A stretch of DNA of 64,000 bases from Verrucomicrobiota bacterium (lineage in GTDB: Bacteria; Verrucomicrobiota; Verrucomicrobiia; Limisphaerales; AAA164-E04): the NCBI GenBank assembly GCA_029247315.1, contig JAQWLM010000107.1, positions 7,459 through 71,458 of the forward strand. Direction: 5' to 3'. Shown here piece by piece: positions 30,470 to 40,052 of the stretch; the stretch's first letter is position 1; each line of letters begins with the position of its first letter. The position numbers were made by a program, and so were the translations under genes. The notes beneath the pieces are model-generated. The model was not told where the DNA came from. It ran no database searches and saw only the letters and a list, made by a program, of their open reading frames with translations.

Positions 30470-31663
30470 TCAACGAGTATCGTAACGCAGCCGGTAAATC
30501 AGATGCTTCGTATCGTCGGAAAAGAGAAGCGAACCGTCACTGGCCTGGATACAGTCGGTGGGTCGGCCAAGAATTTCATTACCATCCTTGAGGAAACTCA
30601 CGACAATTTGCTCTCCGTAGGGGTGTCCAAATTCAAAAAGGATGCGGGATAGACTATAGCCAACTTTCTGGGACGCATTCCATCCGCCCTTGAATGCGAC
30701 AAAGGCATCACCGTGCGCCCCGGGAATACCGTCACCCTCATAAAAAGTCATCCCCATTCCAGAACAATGAGCTGGCATGACCCATTCAGGGATCACGTTT
30801 TTAGAAGCCATTTCTACGAGGTCGGGGTGGTCCAGGAAATTGATGTTTGGCATATTCTTCCCGAGGATATACGGGTGTCCGTAAAACCCCCCCTTGACGT
30901 AGTGATTCAATTCAGCCGGAGGGTTGTGATCCGTGATGGGCTGCCCGAATTTAGGGTTGGCCGACTCGAGTTTGACGGCTAATCGGTCAATATCATGATC
31001 CACACCCCAGATCTCATCGGTACCCGTGCGCACAACCAGTTTCTCGGTATTCCGAATACCGGTGGCGAACAAGGTTTTCCCGCTCCCGTCCAGTTTGAAG
31101 GTCCAGATTTTCTTGCGATCATTCGCCATGATGGGTTCGTCGGTGGCGTTGCCTTGATCCCCCACGTGGGTATAGATAACATCTTCGTGAATGAGCAGTG
31201 CTCGCCATTTGTGTCCACCACCGGACACGGGTAATTGGGCCTCACCAATCACCTCGATCACTTCATCGGCCTTACCATCCTTGTCCTGATCCCTTGACTT
31301 GAAAATTCCTGTTGTATGAGCAAACCAAAGCCAGCCATTGTAATATTGCATGGCCTGGAGTATCTGCCCCGGCTTATAACCCTCGACGTAGGTTGTGATC
31401 TTTTCATAGACACCATCACCATCGGTGTCCCTGCAAGATTGAATGGCTCCCGCACTGGGCGTGCTCACGAAAAGAGTACCATGGTCATCCTGGGCGAGGA
31501 ATCGCGGTTTTTTGATCTTATCCTGCGCCACACTGAGCGTAAATCCGTCCCTTACCCAGACCCCATCGGGAATGTCCTGAGCCTTGCCTGTCTGAATGTT
31601 CAGGATGATGGAGCAAACAAGGGCACCATAAACAAGTAAATGGTTGCATGATAGCGATCTCAT
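30470..31663 (-). CDS. Glucose/L-sorbosone dehydrogenase family beta-propeller protein
   Basis: Signal peptide; D.DGDG repeats, FATGIRN, P..ELN...GGFYGHPY, AH..GM.FY, GRP.D....DGSLL.SDD. Confidence 0.85.
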   Translation of the reverse strand: MRSLSCNHLLVYGALVCSIILNIQTGKAQDIPDGVWVRDGFTLSVAQDKIKKPRFLAQDDHGTLFVSTPSAGAIQSCRDTDGDGVYEKITTYVEGYKPGQILQAMQYYNGWLWFAHTTGIFKSRDQDKDGKADEVIEVIGEAQLPVSGGGHKWRALLIHEDVIYTHVGDQGNATDEPIMANDRKKIWTFKLDGSGKTLFATGIRNTEKLVVRTGTDEIWGVDHDIDRLAVKLESANPKFGQPITDHNPPAELNHYVKGGFYGHPYILGKNMPNINFLDHPDLVEMASKNVIPEWVMPAHCSGMGMTFYEGDGIPGAHGDAFVAFKGGWNASQKVGYSLSRILFEFGHPYGEQIVVSFLKDGNEILGRPTDCIQASDGSLLFSDDTKHLIYRLRYDTR

Positions 31664-31833
31664 AATTCCTAATATGATTGTGAATCCTCAGGAAATCAAG
31701 CCTGTAGAGAAGCAAGGCAGTGGGTCTCGGGAATTCATTCCCAGAAGCACCTCTTGACCTTTATGAGAAAAGGTTTCTCCTGCCTTTCCTTATGGCGCAC
31801 CCTGATGATTGGGTACATCCTCCCGAATGACAC

Positions 31834-32304
31834 GTGAACATGCCTTACCCAGAACATCCCATGGCGAGCTCCCCCTGGCCATCTGGAACGTCCTCCGCGC
31901 TATTCGTCTACGGGACCCTCATGCGTGGCATGGAAAATCCATTTGCAAATATCCTGCAAACCAGGGCTTCCATTGTGGAGAAAGGGATAGGCTCAGGATG
32001 TTTATACGAGCACCGCGATGGGTATCCCTGTGCTGTCAACACCATCAATGCGGGAGACCAGATCGTTGGAGAAATTCATCACGTGAAAGATATCAATGGC
32101 TTGTGGCGCTACCTGGATCCCTACGAGGACTGCGTACCCCATGATTTCACACGTTCGTTATTTGTAAGATGCGTGGTGCCGATCACTGACACCCAATCCC
32201 AGACCAAACCTTGTTGGATGTATTTTTGGAACCAATCCATCTCGGGTTTGCGCATGATCCATGGCGGAGATTATCGTGAAAGAAAATCTAAACCGTTGAT
32301 TTGA
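31834..32304 (+). CDS. Gamma-glutamylcyclotransferase (GGCT/AIG2-like) family protein
   Basis: LFVYGTLMRG, YP, V.GE, LD.YE, W.Y, I.GGD motifs. Confidence 0.85.
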   Translation: MNMPYPEHPMASSPWPSGTSSALFVYGTLMRGMENPFANILQTRASIVEKGIGSGCLYEHRDGYPCAVNTINAGDQIVGEIHHVKDINGLWRYLDPYEDCVPHDFTRSLFVRCVVPITDTQSQTKPCWMYFWNQSISGLRMIHGGDYRERKSKPLI

Positions 32305-32356
32305 TGCTCTTTCCCCTTTATAACCCAGCCCTGAACAGAGTTTAAGCGTTTATCAA

Positions 32357-33256
32357 ATGAGCATTCTAATTGTTGGCACCACTGCACTGGACTCCATCAA
32401 GACACCACAGAGCGAGAATCCTCGACTGCTTGGAGGATCCGCAAGCCATGCGGCTGTTGCTGCAAGTTTCTTCGCGCCCGTGAGCCTTTTAGGAGTCGTT
32501 GGTGATGACTTTCCAGAGGAGTACATCACACTTTATAAAAAGCACAAAATCGACCTTGCAGGTCTTGAGAGGGCCCCAGGTAACACCTTTCACTGGGAAG
32601 GTGAATATGAGGTCAACATGAACAACCGACAGACCCTGGAAACCGACCTGGGTGTGATCGAGAATTGGGCACCAACCCTCAGTGACACCCTGTGCAGACA
32701 ACCTTTCGTCCTGCTTGCGAATTGCGCGCCGCAACTCCAACACCATGTTTTGAGGCAAACCAAGGAAGCGCGTTTCGTGATAGCAGACACCATGGATCTC
32801 TGGCTGAATATTGCACGTCATGAGCTTGAGTCATTGTTGAAGGAGATCGATTGCCTTGTCCTGAATGACAGTGAAGCTCGACAATTGATGGAAGAGGACA
32901 ACGTGGTGCTTGCCGCCCAGCAAATACACCGGTATGGGCCGAAGTATGTCATTGTCAAAAAAGGCGAACATGGTTCTGTTCTTTCCGGACCCAACGGACT
33001 TTTCATTGCCCCAGCTTTCCCCTTGAACAAGGTCATCGACCCTACTGGTGCGGGTGATTCTTTTGTAGGAGGACTGGTTGGTTATCTCGCAAGCCACCCT
33101 GGGGAGGTGGAGACAAACCTGCATCAGGCAATCATACACGGCAGCGTGACAGCTTCCTTCTGCTGCGAGGGTTTTGGCTTAGCCGCCACCACGGAGATTT
33201 CAATGGCAGATATCCAGCAACGCATGGAGGCCTTGAAATCCATGGTCGCATTTTAG
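32357..33256 (+). CDS. PfkB/ribokinase-family carbohydrate kinase
   Basis: LGGSASHAA, GVVGDDF, LNDSEAR, VKKGEHG, DPTGAGDSF. Confidence 0.92.
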   Translation: MSILIVGTTALDSIKTPQSENPRLLGGSASHAAVAASFFAPVSLLGVVGDDFPEEYITLYKKHKIDLAGLERAPGNTFHWEGEYEVNMNNRQTLETDLGVIENWAPTLSDTLCRQPFVLLANCAPQLQHHVLRQTKEARFVIADTMDLWLNIARHELESLLKEIDCLVLNDSEARQLMEEDNVVLAAQQIHRYGPKYVIVKKGEHGSVLSGPNGLFIAPAFPLNKVIDPTGAGDSFVGGLVGYLASHPGEVETNLHQAIIHGSVTASFCCEGFGLAATTEISMADIQQRMEALKSMVAF

Positions 33257-33318
33257 GGGTCCAAAGACGCATCGCCTCGCTCATCCACCAAAAACCGCGG
33301 GGAGAAAAAACGGGGCCC

Positions 33319-34182
33319 CTATGTGAAAAGCATCGCGGGCTCTGCCTTCAGTCCCATCATGCGTCCACCTTCCCAGGCCGGATGCTGACATCCATTTTTC
33401 CAGCGGCATGCCCGATACAGGGTTGCAAATGTAAAATCAGGAGCCGATTCACCCTGTCCCCCTACCAGTTCACTTCCCCGGCGCACATTGTCCTGCATCC
33501 ATGCAGGATGCAGGAGATGGAAAGGATTGCGTGTCACCTCCCCAACATGAAAAGAGGTTCCAGCGACCATCTCTGCCACGTCTTCCTCACTGGAGGCGAC
33601 CATGAGGTTGGGTTCTTTCATCGCACCCCAATATTCCGTTTCCACCACCCAGGAAGCGAAACTCGACGGCAACCGTTTCAAAGCGTCCATCACCAGGTAA
33701 TGAACTCCGATATGGGTTGAATTCCAGTCATTGGCATGAGGTACAAAAATCACATCAGGCTCTTGTGTCTTGAGTATTCTCTCAATGACTTGGACATCGA
33801 CCTGCCAAGATTCCGGATCACTCTGTCGACGCTTCAGGTTGATTCCCTCAAGCCCGTTGTGAGCCGTGGTGATAAGGTCAAAACCCATGAAATCACAAGC
33901 AGCATGGAGTTCCTCCAGGCGAGCAGCCTGCCGTTCGTGATGACTGCCCTGCGTTACGGCAACATTGGAAATCCTGAAGCCTGATTCCTTGAGGAGTCTA
34001 AGGGCAAGCCCCCCAATGATACATTCGTCATCCGGGTGTGGTGAAAAAATCAGAGCCTTGGGTGCATGCTCCTTCAAAACAGGTCGTTCCCGCCTTGTCA
34101 GTCCGCCATGCTGGATGCCTTTTCCTTCTCGAAACGCCCTGGCGTATCCGGCGACCAACTGGGTATATGGGTTGTTCATCAT
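33319..34182 (-). CDS. PIG-L/LmbE family deacetylase
   Basis: FSPHPDDE zinc motif, R..E...A, P..IFVPH..D...TH. Confidence 0.85.
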   Translation of the reverse strand: MMNNPYTQLVAGYARAFREGKGIQHGGLTRRERPVLKEHAPKALIFSPHPDDECIIGGLALRLLKESGFRISNVAVTQGSHHERQAARLEELHAACDFMGFDLITTAHNGLEGINLKRRQSDPESWQVDVQVIERILKTQEPDVIFVPHANDWNSTHIGVHYLVMDALKRLPSSFASWVVETEYWGAMKEPNLMVASSEEDVAEMVAGTSFHVGEVTRNPFHLLHPAWMQDNVRRGSELVGGQGESAPDFTFATLYRACRWKNGCQHPAWEGGRMMGLKAEPAMLFT

Positions 34183-34224
34183 GCCATCCTTATCCTGCTC
34201 TTTTTTTCTTGGTAATTGCCCCTG

Positions 34225-34830
34225 CTATTGACGGTAATGCGCAAGGAAACCAGGTTCCTTGCCGGCAAGATCCTTCTGCCGCTGTCCTGCCAGGAGTTGT
34301 CCATAGACGCAGAGATCCCGTGTCATCGCATCGAGCTTACCCAGCAGGACATCCGAGACCACCACATCGCCCTCGATGTCCGTCTTGTCCTGAAAACTGA
34401 CACCGTAAGGGAGGGGCCAGGCATAGCATTGGCGCATGACGGTGCGCATTTGATCAAATACAGTCAATCCCTTCTCGTGGGAACCTACAATCGAACCGAA
34501 TAATTTCCCTGCAAATTCGTTCCAGAAGTGATCCAGGAAATTTTTCAGGGCACTGCTCATGCTTCCATGGTAATCCGGTGTCCCCAGCACAATGACATCC
34601 GCGACCTGCACACGTTGCTTGAGCTGGGCGTATCCCGTTCCCGAGAAGGCGCTTTGAACGTCAAACAATGGGAGGTCAATTTCGGTGTAATCAAACAAAT
34701 CAACATCACAACCTGCCTTGGCGAGTTGTTTTCCCAGATGTTTTACAACGGTACGGGTGGTGGACTTGGAACTGCGGTTTCCCACTACTAACAGCACCTT
34801 CAAACAGGATGTCGCACTGGATTGTGTCAT
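34225..34830 (-). CDS. NADPH-dependent FMN reductase (flavodoxin-like)
   Basis: VGN.S..S.T, DLPLFD, ADVIVLGTPDYHGSMSSALKNFLD, FAGK. Start refined to MTQSS (34830). Confidence 0.88.
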   Translation of the reverse strand: MTQSSATSCLKVLLVVGNRSSKSTTRTVVKHLGKQLAKAGCDVDLFDYTEIDLPLFDVQSAFSGTGYAQLKQRVQVADVIVLGTPDYHGSMSSALKNFLDHFWNEFAGKLFGSIVGSHEKGLTVFDQMRTVMRQCYAWPLPYGVSFQDKTDIEGDVVVSDVLLGKLDAMTRDLCVYGQLLAGQRQKDLAGKEPGFLAHYRQ

Positions 34831-34877
34831 GTGAGGAACATTCCAGCATGCCTCTTTTGAGGTATCAAGAAAGTTCA

Positions 34878-34906
34878 TTGACCTTGGGGGACGCTTTATT
34901 CAATCT
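34878..34906 (+). promoter_or_regulatory. Putative sigma70 promoter of the glcD operon
   Basis: TTGACC (34878-34883), 17-bp spacer, CAATCT (34901-34906); 12 nt upstream of ATG 34919. Confidence 0.4.
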
Positions 34907-34918
34907 CAGTGCCATAGC

Positions 34919-36310
34919 ATGACGGCCCCCGAAAAAAAAATCATCGCCCAGCTAAGAGAAATTGTCGGCAATAAAGAGGTATTGGAAGAAAAAGAAGACC
35001 TTATCCCATACTCCTTTGATGGTACCGCAGCACTTAAGGAATTTCCCACCTGTGTGGTATTTGCAAAAAACACTCAACAGGTGGCTTCCATACTTAAGTT
35101 GGCCAATCATCACAAGATTCCGGTAGTGACCCGGGGATCCGGCACTGGACTCAGCGGAGGCAGCGTCCCATCTCCAAGTTGCATCGTCCTCTGCATGGTG
35201 AAGATGGACAAGATTCTCGAGTTGGACACCGCCAACCTCACCCTGTTGACACAACCAGGCGTGACCACCTTGTCGATCGCCGAGGCATCCGAAAAGGCAG
35301 GGCTCTTTTATCCACCCGATCCGGGATCCATGAAAATTTCGACCATCGGTGGAAATGTTGCCGAGAATTCGGGTGGTCTAAGGGGTTTGAAATATGGCGT
35401 CACACGCAATTATGTCATGGGTTTGGAGGTGGTTCTACCTGACGGAGAAGTGTGCTGGATGGGCAATAAATGTGTCAAGGACGTGGCTGGCTACTCCCTG
35501 AAGGACCTGTTCATAGGCTCTGAAGGCACCTTGGGCGTCATTACAAGGATTCTTTTGCGTCTCATTCCAAAACCGACGGCAAAGCAAACCATGCTCGCAA
35601 CTTTTTCCCAGATGGACCATGCTGCCGAAGCCGTCTCCGCGATCATCGCAGCACAGATCATTCCATGCACACTTGAATTCCTCGATCGCACCACCATTCA
35701 CTGCGTGGAGGATTTTGCAAAAATCGGACTTCCACTCGATTGCGAGGCCCTCCTGCTCATGGAAACAGATGGACACCCCATCGTCGTGAAGGAGGAGGCT
35801 GCTAAGATGGAGGCGATCTGCCGCGAGCATGGATGCAAGGAAATCAGGGTGGCTCAAGATGATGCCGAAGCCACCAAGCTGGCCAGTGCCCGTCGCAGTG
35901 CTTTTTCAGCACTGGCACGCCTTTCTCCAACCACGATCCTTGAGGACGCTACGGTTCCTCGGAGCGAGCTTGGGCACATGATTCGTTACGTGGCATCGGT
36001 GGCTGAAAAATATCAGCTCCGTGTGGGCACTTTTGGCCATATGGGTGATGGAAACCTGCATCCAACCTTTCTCACCGACGAACGCAATACCGATGAAATG
36101 CATCGCATAGAAGAAGCCTTTGCAGATATTTTCAATGAAGCCATTCGGCTTGGGGGAACCATCACCGGTGAACATGGCATAGGAATAGCTAAAAAGAAAT
36201 TCTTACCTGACTTCGCTGGACAAGCCCAAATGCGGATCCTTCGAGTGGTCCGGGATGCGTTGGACCCCAGTGGAATTTTGAACCCGGGCAAGATTTTCGA
36301 CCCTCAATGA
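34919..36310 (+). CDS. glcD: FAD-linked glycolate/D-lactate oxidase subunit GlcD
   Basis: RGSGTGLSGG, YPPDPGS, STIGGNVAENSGG, KYGVT, GSEGTLG, GHMGDGNLHP, GGTITGEHGIG, LNPGK. Confidence 0.9.
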   Translation: MTAPEKKIIAQLREIVGNKEVLEEKEDLIPYSFDGTAALKEFPTCVVFAKNTQQVASILKLANHHKIPVVTRGSGTGLSGGSVPSPSCIVLCMVKMDKILELDTANLTLLTQPGVTTLSIAEASEKAGLFYPPDPGSMKISTIGGNVAENSGGLRGLKYGVTRNYVMGLEVVLPDGEVCWMGNKCVKDVAGYSLKDLFIGSEGTLGVITRILLRLIPKPTAKQTMLATFSQMDHAAEAVSAIIAAQIIPCTLEFLDRTTIHCVEDFAKIGLPLDCEALLLMETDGHPIVVKEEAAKMEAICREHGCKEIRVAQDDAEATKLASARRSAFSALARLSPTTILEDATVPRSELGHMIRYVASVAEKYQLRVGTFGHMGDGNLHPTFLTDERNTDEMHRIEEAFADIFNEAIRLGGTITGEHGIGIAKKKFLPDFAGQAQMRILRVVRDALDPSGILNPGKIFDPQ

Positions 36311-36825
36311 GAAGCGATATGGACACTCCAGAAAATCGGCATGCGCCCCCCCTGGCATTCATACCTTTCGAGCACGTCGCGGGCTTGGCTTCTTCTGTCT
36401 CCATGGGTGCCTTGGGTGCTTTCATTATTTCAGTGAGGCAAATCAACCCAACACTTGAGATTGTCCTGAGTGTATGGACATGGGTTTCCTTCCTGTTAGC
36501 CTCCGCCGCCACATGGTGGATTTATAGTCTTATTTTCAACAAGGATCCTCTCGGTGCGGAAACGGTGCAGAAGAAACGGCTGGTCACTTGGGCCAGTGCT
36601 GCAGCTCTACTCTCGGTTTTCTGTTGCATGGGATTCGCTTTACGGGGGATTTCAGAGACCAAGCTCAAGGAAGTTTTATCGGGGGTCATGATTGCGATGT
36701 GCTTCATCTCCATCGTGGCATTTTTCTTTTTAAAGGTCATTGCTTTCCTGCAGAGGGATGATCGAGACAACGCATTGCACCAGGACATCTCAGCCCACTC
36801 CAAACATCCAATTGCCACCAAATGA
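36307..36825 (+). CDS. Hypothetical membrane protein (about 4 TM)
   Basis: Four hydrophobic segments; ATGA overlaps with both glcD and glcF. Confidence 0.8.
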   Translation: MRSDMDTPENRHAPPLAFIPFEHVAGLASSVSMGALGAFIISVRQINPTLEIVLSVWTWVSFLLASAATWWIYSLIFNKDPLGAETVQKKRLVTWASAAALLSVFCCMGFALRGISETKLKEVLSGVMIAMCFISIVAFFFLKVIAFLQRDDRDNALHQDISAHSKHPIATK

Positions 36826-38168
36826 CGCAAGTGAGCAACCATTCCCAATCCCCCCAGCAGGAGCGCCATGGAGCGTCTCATTTAAAGGATCTCGATTATT
36901 CAGTGGTCCAGCAATGCATGCACTGTGGACTATGTCTTCCGAGCTGTCCGACATATAGTTTGACGCAAGTGGAAAAGCACAGTCCTCGAGGGCGCATAGC
37001 CCTCATGAAGGCTATCGCGGACGATGAATTAGAAGTTTCCCGCCAATTTGCCGAGGAAATGTATTACTGCCTCGGTTGCCTGGCATGCATGAGTGCCTGT
37101 CCAGCAGGCGTCAATTACGCTGAACTTTTTGAGCACGCCAGAGCCGAGGTGGAGCAAAAACAGGTTCTCCACTCGCCCCGACGCTCACTCATTCGTCGTT
37201 TCACCATTGGATGGTTGTTTTCCGATCAGCGGCGTCTTCAGTTCCTGGGCTGCGCCTTGAGGCTCTACCAGCACTCTGGGCTTCAGTTTTTTATTCGTAA
37301 ATGCGGAATCCTGAAATGTTTACCAAAACGGTTACAGGAACTCGAAAAGATGACACCCACGGTACAGCCATACTTTTCAAACGAATTACTGGACTTGGTA
37401 ACCCCTGCTCAAAAAGAAAAACGCTACCGAGTAGCCCTGCTGACCGGCTGTGCCCAGGATCTTATTTTCAGCGATGTGAATTTGGATACTGCTGAAGTAC
37501 TTGCCCGCAACGGTTGCGAGGTCATCACACCAGCCGAACAAAACTGCTGTGGGTCCCTTCATGCTCATAATGGAGAGTGGCAGCAGGCCCAGCAGATGGC
37601 CCGCGGCATGATCGACCAATTTCCGCCCGAACGTTTTGACGCCATCATTACCAATGCAGCCGGATGCGGGTCTCATCTGAAACATTATCACTCACTCCTG
37701 AAAGATGATCTTCGGTATGCCTCAAAAGCCGTATTATGGGATCAGAAAGTCAAGGACATACACGAATGGCTGGCAGCAATTGGATGGGAGACGCCTAATA
37801 TCCAGCCTACTTCAAAACGTCGAACCACTTACCATGAAGCATGCCACCTGGCACATGGGCAACAGATTACACAACAACCCAGGGAAATCCTGGACTCCAT
37901 TCCAGGCCTTGAAATGTGTGAATTGCCCGAGAGTACCTGGTGTTGTGGAAGTGCCGGGGTGTATAATATTGTCCAGCCTGAGACCGCGGAACAATTACTG
38001 CAGCGCAAACTGGAGCATGTGGAAAGCACAAAAGCCCAGGTGCTGGCTACGGCAAACCCTGGTTGCCTGTTGCAGATCCTGAACGGTGCTCGAGAACGTG
38101 GCATGGATATCGAAACAAAACACCCTATTTCACTTCTCGCAGAAGCCTATCGCATGGAACAATCCTAG
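36822..38168 (+). CDS. glcF: Glycolate oxidase iron-sulfur subunit GlcF (ferredoxin plus two CCG domains)
   Basis: CMHCGLCLPSCP and CLGCLACMSACP 4Fe-4S motifs; SPRGRI; CCG (NCCGS, WCCGSAG), GCGS, YHEACH, ANPGC. Confidence 0.9.
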   Translation: MTQVSNHSQSPQQERHGASHLKDLDYSVVQQCMHCGLCLPSCPTYSLTQVEKHSPRGRIALMKAIADDELEVSRQFAEEMYYCLGCLACMSACPAGVNYAELFEHARAEVEQKQVLHSPRRSLIRRFTIGWLFSDQRRLQFLGCALRLYQHSGLQFFIRKCGILKCLPKRLQELEKMTPTVQPYFSNELLDLVTPAQKEKRYRVALLTGCAQDLIFSDVNLDTAEVLARNGCEVITPAEQNCCGSLHAHNGEWQQAQQMARGMIDQFPPERFDAIITNAAGCGSHLKHYHSLLKDDLRYASKAVLWDQKVKDIHEWLAAIGWETPNIQPTSKRRTTYHEACHLAHGQQITQQPREILDSIPGLEMCELPESTWCCGSAGVYNIVQPETAEQLLQRKLEHVESTKAQVLATANPGCLLQILNGARERGMDIETKHPISLLAEAYRMEQS

Positions 38169-38191
38169 GCTTGTCGTAAAGGGAAGCATCC

Positions 38192-39829
38192 TTGCACATG
38201 GCATTCCTCCCCAAAAAAGAACGGATCCTTCACCTGCTCGCAGCTACTGTTCTGGGCCTGATCTGGAGCCTTGCGTATCCAAGCTGGAGCATGACAGGAT
38301 TCGCATGGCTGATTCCGGCAAGCCTGATCTTCATCAGCCATAGCAAATCAGGCAGAGGGCATTTCTTGTGGGGGTTTTTCACCGGTTGGATACACTCCGC
38401 GACTGCCCTCTATTGGTTGCTGCAAATGCCGTACCTACCCGGCGCTTTGGCGGCCTGGTTTTTCCTTTCATGCTATGTGGCCTGCTACCCAGGGTTATGG
38501 TGCTGGATTGTCTGGCGCGGAATCCGGTCAGAAACGCCCCAAAGGGATTCCCTGATAAAAAGTTTTATTCTTCCGAACCTGCGTAACATGACTCTTTTCC
38601 GTGCACAGACCTTTGCCATCTGTGCGGCTTCACTGTGGGTTGCATTGGAATTTGCCGTCTCCAATCTGCTCACTGGATTTCCATGGCTGCTCCTGGGAAG
38701 CACGCAGCTTCCCAATACCCCCTTTGTCCAGTCCGCCTCCCTGGCAGGGGTGCCATTGATTTCCTTTGTCATGGTTTGGGCTTCCGTGTCCACTGGGATT
38801 GGCCTGAGCCGCTTGCAACTCCACAGAGGAAATCCATGGCGTTGGATTCCAGATACGATTCTACCGTTATGTTTTGTCACGATCCTTACACTCTTTGGTT
38901 ATCAGAGGATACGATCCATGGACGCCAATGTACCCTCTTCGAGTTTGAATATTGCATTGATACAGCCGAACTTCCCACAAGACCTCATCTGGGATCATCA
39001 GAAAAGCCAGGTTCAGTTCAAGGAATTGATCCGACTCTCCGAAGCAGCCCTTCAAACCAATCCTGATATACTGGTTTGGCCTGAGAGCGCGCTTCCTGCC
39101 GATATCAAATCCTTCGAACCTGTGTGGGATTTGCTGAAAAAGCACAAGGTCTGGCTCTGTTTCAATGGCACGGACATTAGAAGAAAGGCTCCGGAGGATG
39201 GGACCGTAATAATGTATAACGCAGCGTTTCTGATGGACCCAGACGGCATCCTGCAAGGCACATACCACAAAAGACATCTCGTGATGTTTGGAGAATTTGT
39301 ACCTTTTTCAAAATGGTTTCCATTCCTCAAGAGACTCACTCCATTGGAGGCTATGTTTACACCTGGAACTCAGGCAAAGTGGTTTCATGTTTCTGAGCAT
39401 GCCGCCCATCTGTTTCCACTCATCTGCTTTGAAGACGTCATGCCTGAACTCGCAAGGGAAGCAGGCAGGGCGAAGACGGATTTCCTTATTAACATGACCA
39501 ACGACGGCTGGTTTGGAGAAAGTTCCGCACAACTCCAACACGCATCCCTCGCCGCATTCCGATGCATCGAGAACGGACTCCCCATGGTGCGGTGCGGCAA
39601 CAATGGCTTGACCTGCTGGATCGATCCTGCAGGCCGCCGCCACGCCATGGGATCCATGGAGGATCTCCATGGTCGAGGATTTAAGATAGTTCAGGTCCCC
39701 AAGCAATGGAAGGTGGATACTACCTTCTATCAGAAAACTGGGAATTTATTTGCGTGGATCTGCGTTGGAATTTCGCTTTCATGGTTCCCTCGAGTATTCC
39801 GCAAGGGAATGAGGGCCAATCGTGCTTGA
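38192..39829 (+). CDS. lnt: Apolipoprotein N-acyltransferase
   Basis: N-terminal TM bundle, GFPW, QPN, nitrilase triad WPES / YHKRHLV.FGEF.P / ICFE, TNDGWFG, QH, R.IE. Confidence 0.95.
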   Translation: MHMAFLPKKERILHLLAATVLGLIWSLAYPSWSMTGFAWLIPASLIFISHSKSGRGHFLWGFFTGWIHSATALYWLLQMPYLPGALAAWFFLSCYVACYPGLWCWIVWRGIRSETPQRDSLIKSFILPNLRNMTLFRAQTFAICAASLWVALEFAVSNLLTGFPWLLLGSTQLPNTPFVQSASLAGVPLISFVMVWASVSTGIGLSRLQLHRGNPWRWIPDTILPLCFVTILTLFGYQRIRSMDANVPSSSLNIALIQPNFPQDLIWDHQKSQVQFKELIRLSEAALQTNPDILVWPESALPADIKSFEPVWDLLKKHKVWLCFNGTDIRRKAPEDGTVIMYNAAFLMDPDGILQGTYHKRHLVMFGEFVPFSKWFPFLKRLTPLEAMFTPGTQAKWFHVSEHAAHLFPLICFEDVMPELAREAGRAKTDFLINMTNDGWFGESSAQLQHASLAAFRCIENGLPMVRCGNNGLTCWIDPAGRRHAMGSMEDLHGRGFKIVQVPKQWKVDTTFYQKTGNLFAWICVGISLSWFPRVFRKGMRANRA

Positions 39830-40052
39830 ACCGCCTTCCACAGCCTTCCTTCACCAAACCACTCCTTTTACCACTTTCTCGTACAACTGGCCCGAGTCTC
39901 CGTAGGGCAAGTCAAAACACACGCACCCGTATTCCATGTGCAGGAAACAAAACTCATTCCTGAGCCAAGGCTGGCATCTCATGCCAGGGAATACTTGCCT
40001 CAAACCCTGCAATTACCGATGATGCAGCCGTCCTTCGTAAGGGCTCCTGTCC

